Origin: SAR86 cluster bacterium AG-313-N18
GTDB lineage: Bacteria; Pseudomonadota; Gammaproteobacteria; Magnimaribacterales; D2472
Reading direction: 5' to 3'
Length of the DNA stretch: 64,000 nucleotides
NCBI GenBank assembly: GCA_003283765.1
Contig: QBVY01000004.1
Span: 16,493-80,492 of the forward strand
In this document: in pieces, positions 38,496 through 47,240 of the stretch
Position numbering within the stretch: the first letter of the stretch is position 1
Layout: every line of letters starts with the position of its first letter
Position numbers and translations under genes: made by a program
The notes under the pieces: model-generated
What the model was told of the DNA's origin: nothing
What the model saw: only the letters and a program-made list of their open reading frames with translations
Databases searched by the model: none

Positions 38496-39409
38496 TGTCT
38501 AAAAATCTAATTAACTTTTCTGATCTTGCCAAGAAAGATATTTATGACTTGATCGAACTAGCAAATAATTTTAAGTCAGGAGATTCTTTGGATTATCGAA
38601 ATGAAAGTTTATTTCCTGATAAGAAGATTGTCTCTATGTTTTGTGAGCCAAGTACTAGAACTAAACTTTCTTTTAAAATCGCTGCACATAACCTAGGTGC
38701 AAAATTTATAGATTTTGAGCCGTCAAATTCATCTATGAATAAAGGTGAAACTCTTGAGGACACCTTAGATGCTATGCAGATGATGGGAGTTGATTTATGC
38801 ATTCTGCGTCACACCGAATCTGTGATCCATGATTTTGTAAAAAATTTTTCAAATATGCAGTTTATTAATGCAGGCGAGGGATCAATTTCACATCCAACTC
38901 AAACATTAATTGATTTAATGACCATTCAGGAATCAAAAGAAAAATTTGAGAACTTGAATATCACTATTGTTGGTGATCTTGATCATTCAAGGGTAGTGAA
39001 TTCCTTTATGGAAGCAATACAAATTATTGGATTTAAAAGCATAACTTTTTGTGGCCATCCTGATCTTTGTAAAAATTTTATAGAAAGCCCAATTGGCAGT
39101 TTTGAACCTGAATTAGAAACTGCATTGCAAGATGCTGATGTTGTGATGGCCTTAAGGATTCAAAATGAGAGGTTGTCAGAAAAGCTTACTATTGGTGCAA
39201 GTGATTATGTTGAAAGATACCAAATCAACGTTGACTCACTTCAGGTTGCTGATCCTGAAATGATCTTATTACATCCAGGACCAGTAAATTTTGGAATTGA
39301 ATTAAGCAAAGAAGCTAGCGAGTTAGAAAATTGCAAAATTAGAAATCAAATTTTTAATGGTGTTGGTATGAGAATGGCCGTCTTAACTAAGCTTTTCTCT
39401 CAAGCATAA
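38495..39409 (+). CDS. pyrB: Aspartate carbamoyltransferase catalytic subunit
   Basis: 304 aa. EPSTRTKLSF, HPTQ and HPGPVN motifs. Confidence 0.95.
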   Translation: MSKNLINFSDLAKKDIYDLIELANNFKSGDSLDYRNESLFPDKKIVSMFCEPSTRTKLSFKIAAHNLGAKFIDFEPSNSSMNKGETLEDTLDAMQMMGVDLCILRHTESVIHDFVKNFSNMQFINAGEGSISHPTQTLIDLMTIQESKEKFENLNITIVGDLDHSRVVNSFMEAIQIIGFKSITFCGHPDLCKNFIESPIGSFEPELETALQDADVVMALRIQNERLSEKLTIGASDYVERYQINVDSLQVADPEMILLHPGPVNFGIELSKEASELENCKIRNQIFNGVGMRMAVLTKLFSQA

Positions 39410-39998
39410 CCCTTTTTACTGTCTCGACAGTATTAATAGTTGTTTGTTCGACTTCAATATTTATTAAATCTCCCTTTTTAATTTCTTTAAAAGTAGTGAC
39501 TGATACGGTTTCGGGAATGAGGTGAATATAGAATGATGACTTGAGCACTTTTCCAATAGTCAAACTACACCCGTCTAGTGCCACATAGCCCTTGTAAAAA
39601 AAATATTCTCTCAAGTTTGCAGGAATTTTAATTTGCAGATCTTTTGTTTTTTGCCTATCAATAACTTTTAGCACTTCACCGGTTCCATGAATGTGGCCAG
39701 AGACTAGGTGCCCACCAATTTCTGTTTTAGCAGTCATTGAGCGCTCTAGATTAACCTTGAATTCTTTAGAGATATTTTTTAAATTAGTTCTCTCTATTGT
39801 TTCTTCAATCACATCAAACTCTAGGGTATCTGTTTTACCCTTTTTCACAGTAAGGCAGACTCCATTTACAGAGACGCTAGCACCTTTTAATAAATTTTTA
39901 GAAAAGCCTTTTGGGGCTTTGATGATCAAAGTTATGTAATCCTTGCATTCAATAATTTTTTGAATATGGCCTTTGCCGGTAACAATTCCAGTAAACAT
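39387..39998 (-). CDS. ribE: Riboflavin synthase
   Basis: MFTGIV N-terminus and the duplicated lumazine-binding repeat (GASVSVNGVCLTV / ALDGCSLTI). ATG at 39998 forms a TAATG overlap with the pyrE stop. Confidence 0.9.
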   Translation of the reverse strand: MFTGIVTGKGHIQKIIECKDYITLIIKAPKGFSKNLLKGASVSVNGVCLTVKKGKTDTLEFDVIEETIERTNLKNISKEFKVNLERSMTAKTEIGGHLVSGHIHGTGEVLKVIDRQKTKDLQIKIPANLREYFFYKGYVALDGCSLTIGKVLKSSFYIHLIPETVSVTTFKEIKKGDLINIEVEQTTINTVETVKRVMLERKA

Positions 39999-40645
39999 TA
40001 TGCGCCCCAACTACTTCTATATTGTTCTAGTTCCATTACATAGGAACGAAAATCTTGATTATCATTAGAGTACTCTATAAGAGCATCTAGGTTGATAATA
40101 GATGAGACATTAATACCAAAATCTTTTTCGAGCTCTGTTTTAGCAGATAACTCATCACTTCCTTTTTCTTGTCTATCTAAGCCAACAAGGAATACTTTTG
40201 GTATTGCATTCAAATTTTCTAAAATTTTAATAGATTCCCTTGCAGCAGTTCCTGCAGATAAAACATCATCAATAATTAATACTTTGCCAGCTGGAGCAGC
40301 TCCAATAATATTACCACCTTCACCATGATCTTTAATTTCTTTTCTGTTGAAAGAGAGCGGGCAAGGTTTACCTCTTTGGCTAAATGCCGTTGCAACGATT
40401 GATCCCAGGAAGATTCCTTTGTATGCGGGACCATACAAACAGTCAAATTCTAAACTTAAGTCTTGAATAGCATCTACATAGCAGTTAGCAAGTTTAAATA
40501 AATCACAGCCATTTAGCATTTTTGCTGCATTAAAAAAATAAGGGCTATCTCTTCCAGATTTTAATTTGAATTTTCCAAACTCTAAGGCATGAGATTGAAG
40601 AGCTAATTCAATGAACGTTTTTTGAAAGCCTTTTAGCTCAGACAT
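39998..40645 (-). CDS. pyrE: Orotate phosphoribosyltransferase
   Basis: 215 aa. F.LKSGR.SPYFFN, and the PRPP motif [13 protein letters not shown]. Confidence 0.95.
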   Translation of the reverse strand: MSELKGFQKTFIELALQSHALEFGKFKLKSGRDSPYFFNAAKMLNGCDLFKLANCYVDAIQDLSLEFDCLYGPAYKGIFLGSIVATAFSQRGKPCPLSFNRKEIKDHGEGGNIIGAAPAGKVLIIDDVLSAGTAARESIKILENLNAIPKVFLVGLDRQEKGSDELSAKTELEKDFGINVSSIINLDALIEYSNDNQDFRSYVMELEQYRSSWGA

Positions 40646-41337
40646 GATTTTTGAAAACTGACTATATCTACAATACCATTTGATGCATACTCAATCATTT
40701 CATCGAGCTCATTTTTGGTGAAAGGATATTTTTCAGCTGTTCCTTGAATTTCTATAATTCCTCCACTTTCAGTCATTACTACGTTCAAATCTGTATCAGC
40801 AGAGCTATCTTCATCATAATCCAAGTCTAGAAGAGGGCGTCCATCTTTTAATCCTATTGAGACTGCTGCAACATTTTCTTTAATTGCTCTTTGATCATCG
40901 TGAAAGTTTTTGATGGCTTCAAATAAAGCAACACAAGCACCTGAAATTGATGCGGTTCTCGTTCCTCCATCTGCTTGAATGACATCACAATCTATATTGA
41001 TTGTTTTATCTTTTAAATACTTTAGATCAACAGCTTGCCTTAATGATCTTCCTATCAGTCGTTGAATTTCCATGGTTCTGCCACTTTGCTTGCCTCTGGC
41101 AGCCTCTCTATTCATTCTTTCATGAGTTGATCGAGGCAACATTCCATATTCTGCAGTAATCCAGCCTTCATTTGAGCCTCTCATCCATCTAGGCACATGA
41201 TTTTCAATGCTTGCTGTACAAATAACATGAGTGTCTCCAAATTTTATTAGAGCGGAACCTTCAGCATGTTTATTCACGCCAACCTCAATTTCTAGAGGTC
41301 TCATTTCATCATTTGATCTATTATTTTTTCTTGTCAT
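40633..41337 (-). CDS. rph: Ribonuclease PH
   Basis: 234 aa. R.dGR...e.R...i......AeGS, GW.TAEY.MLP.ST..R and [11 protein letters not shown] motifs. Confidence 0.95.
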   Translation of the reverse strand: MTRKNNRSNDEMRPLEIEVGVNKHAEGSALIKFGDTHVICTASIENHVPRWMRGSNEGWITAEYGMLPRSTHERMNREAARGKQSGRTMEIQRLIGRSLRQAVDLKYLKDKTINIDCDVIQADGGTRTASISGACVALFEAIKNFHDDQRAIKENVAAVSIGLKDGRPLLDLDYDEDSSADTDLNVVMTESGGIIEIQGTAEKYPFTKNELDEMIEYASNGIVDIVSFQKSCLS

Positions 41338-41393
41338 ATAAATATTATATCTCTTTAAATGGTCCTATAATCTTTATAAGAGGAAAATCTATT

Positions 41394-42803
41394 ATGAATA
41401 ACAAATTACTTTTACCTTTAATGCTTTTTACTATCATCGGTTGCTCTGAAGGTTTTAATTTTGAGTTTTCGTTTGGAGATTCTAAGTCAGAATCAAGCAA
41501 TCTAGAGATTGATAATGCATTTGCTTCAACCTATGCTCCAATGAATTCTGAGCCAATGCTTTTTAAGTCAGCTAATATTTATGATGGTTTGGGGGGAGAA
41601 TTTCGAAATTATGATTTATTGCTTTCAGAAGGCAAAATTATAGAAATTGGTGAATCCATCACAGCTCCTGGTGTCATGGTAATAGATGCAACAGATAAAT
41701 GGATCACACCCGGCATTATCGATATTCACTCTCACATGGGCGTCTATTCTGCTCCTGGAGTTTCAACTAGTTCTGACGGAAATGAGGCAACTTCTCCAGT
41801 TACAGCTGAAGTTTGGGCTGAACATTCGCTATGGACTCAAGATCCTCAATTTGCTCTTGCATTAAAAGGGGGGGTAACTGCCTTCCACGTATTACCAGGA
41901 TCTGCAAATCTATTTGGTGGCAGAGGTGCAACATTTAAAAATGTCTCGCAAAATACTGTACAGGCGATGAAATTTCCTGGTGCGCCACACTCGCTCAAAA
42001 TGGCATGTGGTGAAAATCCTAAAAGGGTCTATGGTAACCGCAGGCAGGCTCCTTCAACGAGAATGGGTAACATGGCTGGCTATCGTACTGCATGGATAGA
42101 AGCTGCTGAATACACTGATGGAATGAATAAAAAAGACTCAGATAGAAGACCTACAAGAGATTTAGCCATGGATACTCTAATGGGAGTCTTAAATGGAGAG
42201 ATTCTGATTCAAAATCATTGTTATCGGGCTGAGGAGATGGCAATGATGATAGAGTTGTCAAAAGAATTTAACTATAAAATTACGGCTTTTCACCATGCTG
42301 TTGAAGCCTATAAGATAGCTGACCTTTTGGCGGAAGAAGGAATTTGTGCTGCTTTGTGGGCAGATTGGTGGGGTTTCAAGCATGAAGCATATGACATGGT
42401 GCAGGCGAACATAGCTATCATTGATCAGGCTCGAAATGGATCAGGGTGTGCAATAGTGCATTCAGATGATGCGGTTGGCATTCAACATCTCAATCAAGAA
42501 GCAGCCAAGGCTATGGCTGCAGGAAATCGAGCTGGTTTTGAAATTTCAAAAGCCCATGCTATGCGATGGATTACAAGTAACCCTGCTAAAGCAGCAGGAA
42601 TACTTGATCAAACAGGCAGCATAGAAATTGGTAAAGATGCTGATGTAGTTCTTTGGACTGGCGATCCTTTTAGCGTTTACTCCAGAGCTGAGAAAGTTTT
42701 AATAGATGGTGCTTTGGCATTCGACATGAATAATCCTAAGATTCAACCAATTACTGATTTTGATTTGGGAATTATTCAACCTCAAGCCAATAGGGTGCAA
42801 TAA
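41394..42803 (+). CDS. Exported amidohydrolase (COG1228-type), lipoprotein
   Basis: I prefer ATG 41394 (AGGAAAA upstream), which gives MNNKLLLPLMLFTIIGC, a lipobox. PGIIDIHSHMG (41709..41741) is the HxH metal motif. The C-terminal GSIEIGKDADVVLW is typical. Confidence 0.8.
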   Translation: MNNKLLLPLMLFTIIGCSEGFNFEFSFGDSKSESSNLEIDNAFASTYAPMNSEPMLFKSANIYDGLGGEFRNYDLLLSEGKIIEIGESITAPGVMVIDATDKWITPGIIDIHSHMGVYSAPGVSTSSDGNEATSPVTAEVWAEHSLWTQDPQFALALKGGVTAFHVLPGSANLFGGRGATFKNVSQNTVQAMKFPGAPHSLKMACGENPKRVYGNRRQAPSTRMGNMAGYRTAWIEAAEYTDGMNKKDSDRRPTRDLAMDTLMGVLNGEILIQNHCYRAEEMAMMIELSKEFNYKITAFHHAVEAYKIADLLAEEGICAALWADWWGFKHEAYDMVQANIAIIDQARNGSGCAIVHSDDAVGIQHLNQEAAKAMAAGNRAGFEISKAHAMRWITSNPAKAAGILDQTGSIEIGKDADVVLWTGDPFSVYSRAEKVLIDGALAFDMNNPKIQPITDFDLGIIQPQANRVQ

Positions 42804-42804
42804 C

Positions 42805-44049
42805 ATGAAAAAATTATTCACAACTTTATTTTTACTTTTTCTTACAGCTCCTGTCATCTCAGAAACAGTCCTTTTAAAAGGGGGTTTGGTGCATTCAGGT
42901 AATGGTGGGGCTGCAATCATCCAAGACATCCTTATTTCTGAAAATACCATCGTTAGCGTAGGCAATAATTTAATTATTGATGGAAATACTCGAGTGATTG
43001 AGGTTAATGGATTGCCTGTTACCCCTGGTTTGATTTCACCTATGAGCAATTTGGGAATAGTTGAAATTAATTCTTTGGATGTAACCCGTGATGATGAATC
43101 AGAACTTTTAAGTGCTGGATTTAGTATTTTTAATGCTTTTAATCCTCATTCCACTGGAATTCCATGGAACAGGAGTAATGGAGTTACTAGCGCAATAAGC
43201 ACTCCAAGTGAAACATCTTTCCCAATTTTTGGACTAGGCTCTCACTTTATTTTGGATGGAAGTCTTGAAATTAAGGGATCTCAAGACATCGCCATGTTTG
43301 GAAGACTGGGAGCCTCATATGGTTCTCGTGCTGAAACTTTATCGCTTCTTGAGTCATTATTAGATATAGGAAAACTGGCAAACAGCATGCCGGTTGAAGA
43401 GATTTTAGAGCTTAAAATTGCTGATCAGCTAGAGCTTCAAGCTCAAGATATTATTGCATTAGGAAAAGTAGTTAATGAGGATATGCCACTCGTCATAGAA
43501 ACAAATAGAGCAGTGGATATTTTGCAAGCATTAGCCATGAAGCAAAAATATGATTTGAATTTAGTCTTGGAGAGTGTTGAAGAAGCTCCTATGGTTTTAG
43601 ATCAAATTAAGGCAAGCAATACCCCTGTAATTATTGATCCTATGGACAATATCCCTAATTCATTTGATGAGCTGGGCTCAAGTTTAGATCTTGGAAAGAT
43701 GCTTGATCAAGCAAGGATACCAATTATGTTTAGTACCCAAAGAAGCCACAATTATCATCTTATGAGACAGGGGTCAGGAAATGCAGTTGCTCATGGAATG
43801 TCATATGAAACTGCAATCAAGGGGATGACTCAGACAGTAGCTCAAACCTTTAATCTCGATAACAGAGGATCAATTGAGCCTGGAAAATTAGCTGATATTA
43901 TTGTTTGGGATGGAGACCCATTAGAGCCAGCCTCTTTTCCTAAAATTGTAATGATTGAAGGCAAATTGCAAGATTTAAGCTCAAGATCCTCTAAATTAAC
44001 TGAAAGATATACAAATACAGAGAACAAACCCTCATCTTACAAGCACTAG
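42805..44049 (+). CDS. Exported amidohydrolase-fold paralogue lacking the HxH motif
   Basis: I prefer ATG 42805, one nt after the upstream stop. It has a signal peptide (MKKLFTTLFLLFLTAPVISE). At the HxH position it reads PGLISPMSNLG (43024..43056). The C-terminal GSIEPGKLADIIVWDGDP is retained. Confidence 0.7.
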   Translation: MKKLFTTLFLLFLTAPVISETVLLKGGLVHSGNGGAAIIQDILISENTIVSVGNNLIIDGNTRVIEVNGLPVTPGLISPMSNLGIVEINSLDVTRDDESELLSAGFSIFNAFNPHSTGIPWNRSNGVTSAISTPSETSFPIFGLGSHFILDGSLEIKGSQDIAMFGRLGASYGSRAETLSLLESLLDIGKLANSMPVEEILELKIADQLELQAQDIIALGKVVNEDMPLVIETNRAVDILQALAMKQKYDLNLVLESVEEAPMVLDQIKASNTPVIIDPMDNIPNSFDELGSSLDLGKMLDQARIPIMFSTQRSHNYHLMRQGSGNAVAHGMSYETAIKGMTQTVAQTFNLDNRGSIEPGKLADIIVWDGDPLEPASFPKIVMIEGKLQDLSSRSSKLTERYTNTENKPSSYKH

Positions 44050-44051
44050 AT

Positions 44052-44756
44052 TTATGCCTTGTTAGCTAACTCTAAAATTTGATTATAGGATTTTTCAAAT
44101 AAATTAAGCATATCTATATTTTTTCCAACCATGGTGTTAGCACTAGACAGGTATGCCTTAAACTTATTTGACAGATAGTAATTTGAATCTATTGAATAGG
44201 AATCAACAATTCTGTCTGTATAAATAAATGAAGCATCTTTCTTGTCTTTGCTGATAACGGTAATAAACGGCTCAACGTTATTTACAAAATCTAAATACAA
44301 ATCATCCAACGTTCTGTTGTTTGCTTGGTTTCTATCAAGGTAATGAGTAAAATTTCTTAATAATAAATTCTTAAGAGCGCTTGATTCAATGAGCTCTAAT
44401 GAGCCTGTAGAAATTAGTTGGGTAAATATCCCATTTTGTGGAAAAAATGAAACGCTCATTTTTTCTGAAATAAACAAATAATTTATAGCTATTTGCTTAT
44501 CAGATAGATCTTTTTTCTTATCCTGAATATCTTTGAGGAAAATGCTGATATTTTCTTGAACTTTTATCAAGTCTTTTTTAAGATTCTGGATCTGCTTAAG
44601 ATCTTCCTTGGCTGTAATTACCAATTCTCCAATTAAAATATCTTTTTCAAGTTTTTTATTTTTAAGCTCTCTAATATCATCTATATAAAATGATAATAAA
44701 ACTCCAGATATAATTACTAGAAACTCAACAATTAGCCTTAGATTGTTTTTTACCAT
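44052..44756 (-). CDS. Hypothetical membrane-anchored coiled-coil protein
   Basis: 234 aa. N-terminal TM segment (LIVEFLVIISGVLLSFYI), then a K/E/L-rich heptad-like stretch and a C-terminal globular part. No family recognised with confidence. Confidence 0.5.
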   Translation of the reverse strand: MVKNNLRLIVEFLVIISGVLLSFYIDDIRELKNKKLEKDILIGELVITAKEDLKQIQNLKKDLIKVQENISIFLKDIQDKKKDLSDKQIAINYLFISEKMSVSFFPQNGIFTQLISTGSLELIESSALKNLLLRNFTHYLDRNQANNRTLDDLYLDFVNNVEPFITVISKDKKDASFIYTDRIVDSYSIDSNYYLSNKFKAYLSSANTMVGKNIDMLNLFEKSYNQILELANKA

Positions 44757-44799
44757 TTAATGATTCTAAAGAATTTAGATTTTTTGATCTAGTGCCTGA

Positions 44800-45243
44800 T
44801 CAGGCCAGCAAATCTTTTACTAATTTGCTCACAACTGACATATCAGCCTTACCTTCAAATTTCGGCTTGAGATGACCCATTAGTTTGCCCATATCTTGCA
44901 TGCCCTCTGCAGAGACTGCTGCAATTCCTTCTTGGATGAGCGACTGGATTTCTTCTTCTGATAATTGCTTTGGTAAGTACTTTAGGATTACATCAAGCTG
45001 GCTTTGTTCGGTAGCAACAAGGTCATCACGACCTCCATTTCTAAACTGCTCTATTGAGTCCCTTCGTTGTTTCACATTCTTGTTAATTAAATTAGAAATT
45101 TTGGCATCATCAGCCTCAACTCTTTCATCGATCTCAAATTTTTTGATGTCTGAAATTAACATACGTAAAGTATCACGCGTGACAACGTCCTTGCTTAGCA
45201 TGGCTGCCTTTAAATCTTGATTAATGGTGTCTAAGAGAGACAA
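44800..45243 (-). CDS. yqeY: GatB/YqeY domain-containing protein
   Basis: 147 aa. L..DLK.AM...D..TRDTLRML and QR.DSIEQF..GGR.DL motifs. It lies downstream of rpsU. Confidence 0.85.
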   Translation of the reverse strand: MSLLDTINQDLKAAMLSKDVVTRDTLRMLISDIKKFEIDERVEADDAKISNLINKNVKQRRDSIEQFRNGGRDDLVATEQSQLDVILKYLPKQLSEEEIQSLIQEGIAAVSAEGMQDMGKLMGHLKPKFEGKADMSVVSKLVKDLLA

Positions 45244-45244
45244 A

Positions 45245-45463
45245 TTAACGATAGGATCTTTGCCTTGAGAAACTAAACTTTCTATTAGTTTTATGAGCGC
45301 GCTTGATTGCAGCTGCCATTTTTCTCTTTCTTACGGCTGTTGGTTTTTCATAGAATTCTCTAGCGCGGATCTCTGGAACAATCGCAGCTTTTTCGCATGC
45401 ACGCTTAAATTTTCTTAGACCAACGTCGAAGTATTCTGTATCTTTTATTATTATAGAAGGCAT
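45245..45463 (-). CDS. rpsU: 30S ribosomal protein S21
   Basis: 72 aa. MPSIIIKD...[34 protein letters not shown]. Confidence 0.95.
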   Translation of the reverse strand: MPSIIIKDTEYFDVGLRKFKRACEKAAIVPEIRAREFYEKPTAVRKRKMAAAIKRAHKTNRKFSFSRQRSYR

Positions 45464-45513
45464 AATTGCTGGGTAGTTTATTCTTTTTATGGGGTGAATG
45501 CAAAAACTTTTTT

Positions 45514-46512
45514 ATGATTACTTTAGGTATTGAAACATCATGCGACGAAACTGCCGTAGCTCTTTATGATTCTGATAAAGGGTTGATTGGCGAGGCAGTT
45601 TTTTCTCAGATAGAGCTTCACGGAGAGTATGGCGGTGTTATACCAGAACTTGCTTCTCGAGATCATTGCCAAAAAATCACTCACATTTATAAGAATGCAT
45701 TAGGAAATGTTGATCCAAGCAGCATCGATCAAATAGCTTATACAGCAGGCCCCGGATTATTAGGAACATTATTGATAGGTGAAAATTTTGCTCAAGGACT
45801 AGCGCTAGCTCTCAACAAACCACTAATACCAGTGAACCATCTTGAGGGTCACTTAATGGCTCCCTTTCTTGGTGGAGAGAAATTAGATTTTCCTTTCTTG
45901 ACGCTGCTTGTGTCTGGAGGGCATTCACTCATTATTGATGTAAAGACCTTAAATGATTATGAGATTCTAGGCCAGTCGAGGGATGATGCAGTCGGAGAAG
46001 CGTTTGATAAAGTGGCTAAGCTTATTGGTCTAGGTTATCCGGGCGGTCCTGAGATAGAAAAGATGGCTCAGAAGGGAGACCCTAAGAAATTTCAGTTTCC
46101 TCAGCCAATGCTTCACAGCAATGATTATGATTTTAGTTTTAGCGGTTTAAAGACCTCAGTGCTTTATGCGGTTCAAGATCTAGATAAGATCAATGAAAAA
46201 GTTCAGTCAGATATTTGTGCATCTTTTCAACATGCAGCTACAGAGGTGTTAGTCAAAAAAATATCTAAAGCTCTAATGGACACCGGTAGAGAGGGAATTG
46301 TTTTGGCTGGAGGAGTAGCAGCAAATAAATTACTAAGAGAAAAAATTTCTACTCTTCAGAAATCATTAAACATTAAAGTTTTATATCCTCCAATTGCGCA
46401 TTGCACAGATAATGCTGCAATGATTGCTTACTTAGGAAGTCTAAAAGCAGATGAAGCAACACATAAACTTAGCTCGCATGCCAAACCACGCTGGCCTTTG
46501 GGGATGAATTAG
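45514..46512 (+). CDS. tsaD: tRNA N6-adenosine threonylcarbamoyltransferase
   Basis: I prefer ATG 45514 (MITLGIETSCDETAVAL). Also has HLEGH and VSGGH motifs. It is divergent from rpsU, as in E. coli. Confidence 0.95.
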   Translation: MITLGIETSCDETAVALYDSDKGLIGEAVFSQIELHGEYGGVIPELASRDHCQKITHIYKNALGNVDPSSIDQIAYTAGPGLLGTLLIGENFAQGLALALNKPLIPVNHLEGHLMAPFLGGEKLDFPFLTLLVSGGHSLIIDVKTLNDYEILGQSRDDAVGEAFDKVAKLIGLGYPGGPEIEKMAQKGDPKKFQFPQPMLHSNDYDFSFSGLKTSVLYAVQDLDKINEKVQSDICASFQHAATEVLVKKISKALMDTGREGIVLAGGVAANKLLREKISTLQKSLNIKVLYPPIAHCTDNAAMIAYLGSLKADEATHKLSSHAKPRWPLGMN

Positions 46513-46513
46513 A

Positions 46514-46861
46514 ATGCAAGATATCATTTATATTAAAGATCTAAGAGTGCAAACTATCATAGGAATATTTGGGTGGGAGCGTGAGGTTCGCCAAGAAGTA
46601 AGCATTGATTTAGAAATGGCGTTTGATTGCAAGAGGGCTGCAAAAACAGACGCAATTGAAGACACTATTGATTACAAAAAAATTACTAAAGGCATTATTA
46701 AGTTTGTTGAGGGATCTGAATTCCAGCTGCAAGAAACTTTGGCAGAAGGTATTGCCACGCTTGTTAAGAATGAATACAAAGTTAATTCACTTAAGTTAAG
46801 AGTATCCAAGCCAGGCGCATTAAGGCATGCCGAGGATGTTGGGGTTATTATTCATAGATAA
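46514..46861 (+). CDS. folB: Dihydroneopterin aldolase
   Basis: 115 aa. I.I..L.....IG...WER...Q.v.idle and DTIDY motifs. It lies upstream of folK. Confidence 0.85.
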   Translation: MQDIIYIKDLRVQTIIGIFGWEREVRQEVSIDLEMAFDCKRAAKTDAIEDTIDYKKITKGIIKFVEGSEFQLQETLAEGIATLVKNEYKVNSLKLRVSKPGALRHAEDVGVIIHR

Positions 46862-47238
46862 TGAAGTACTATCTTTCGCTTGGAAGCAATATTAATCCGG
46901 AATCAAACCTTGAGTTAGCTATTTCTGCGCTGAATAAAATTCTTATCGAAACAGAGTATTCTTCAGTTTATAAAACTCAAGCAGAGGGTTTTGTTGGAGA
47001 TGATTTTTTAAATCTTATTTTTTCTGGAGTATCTCCGCTTGCTTTTGATGACCTTAACAAGAAGCTTAAAGGAATAGAAGATAGCTCTGGCAGAGATCGA
47101 AATGCTAAAAAATTCTCATCTAGAACACTGGATATAGATATTGTATTGCAGATAAACGATGATGAAGAAATACTTTTTGAGAGCGATGAGATAGCCAAAT
47201 ATAGTTTTGTTTCTGAGCCGCTTAAAGAATTATTATGA
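46861..47238 (+). CDS. folK: 6-hydroxymethyl-dihydropterin pyrophosphokinase, short divergent form
   Basis: 125 aa. YLSLGSNI, FLN, IE...GRDR and SRTLDIDIV are HPPK blocks. The C-terminal third is shortened and divergent (see findings). Confidence 0.7.
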   Translation: MKYYLSLGSNINPESNLELAISALNKILIETEYSSVYKTQAEGFVGDDFLNLIFSGVSPLAFDDLNKKLKGIEDSSGRDRNAKKFSSRTLDIDIVLQINDDEEILFESDEIAKYSFVSEPLKELL

Positions 47239-47240
47239 AT

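Noticed and set aside
42699-43049. A 116-aa minus-strand ORF spanning the junction of the two amidohydrolase genes
   Set aside because: It overlaps both well-supported plus-strand genes, including the signal peptide of the second. No motif or RBS was seen.
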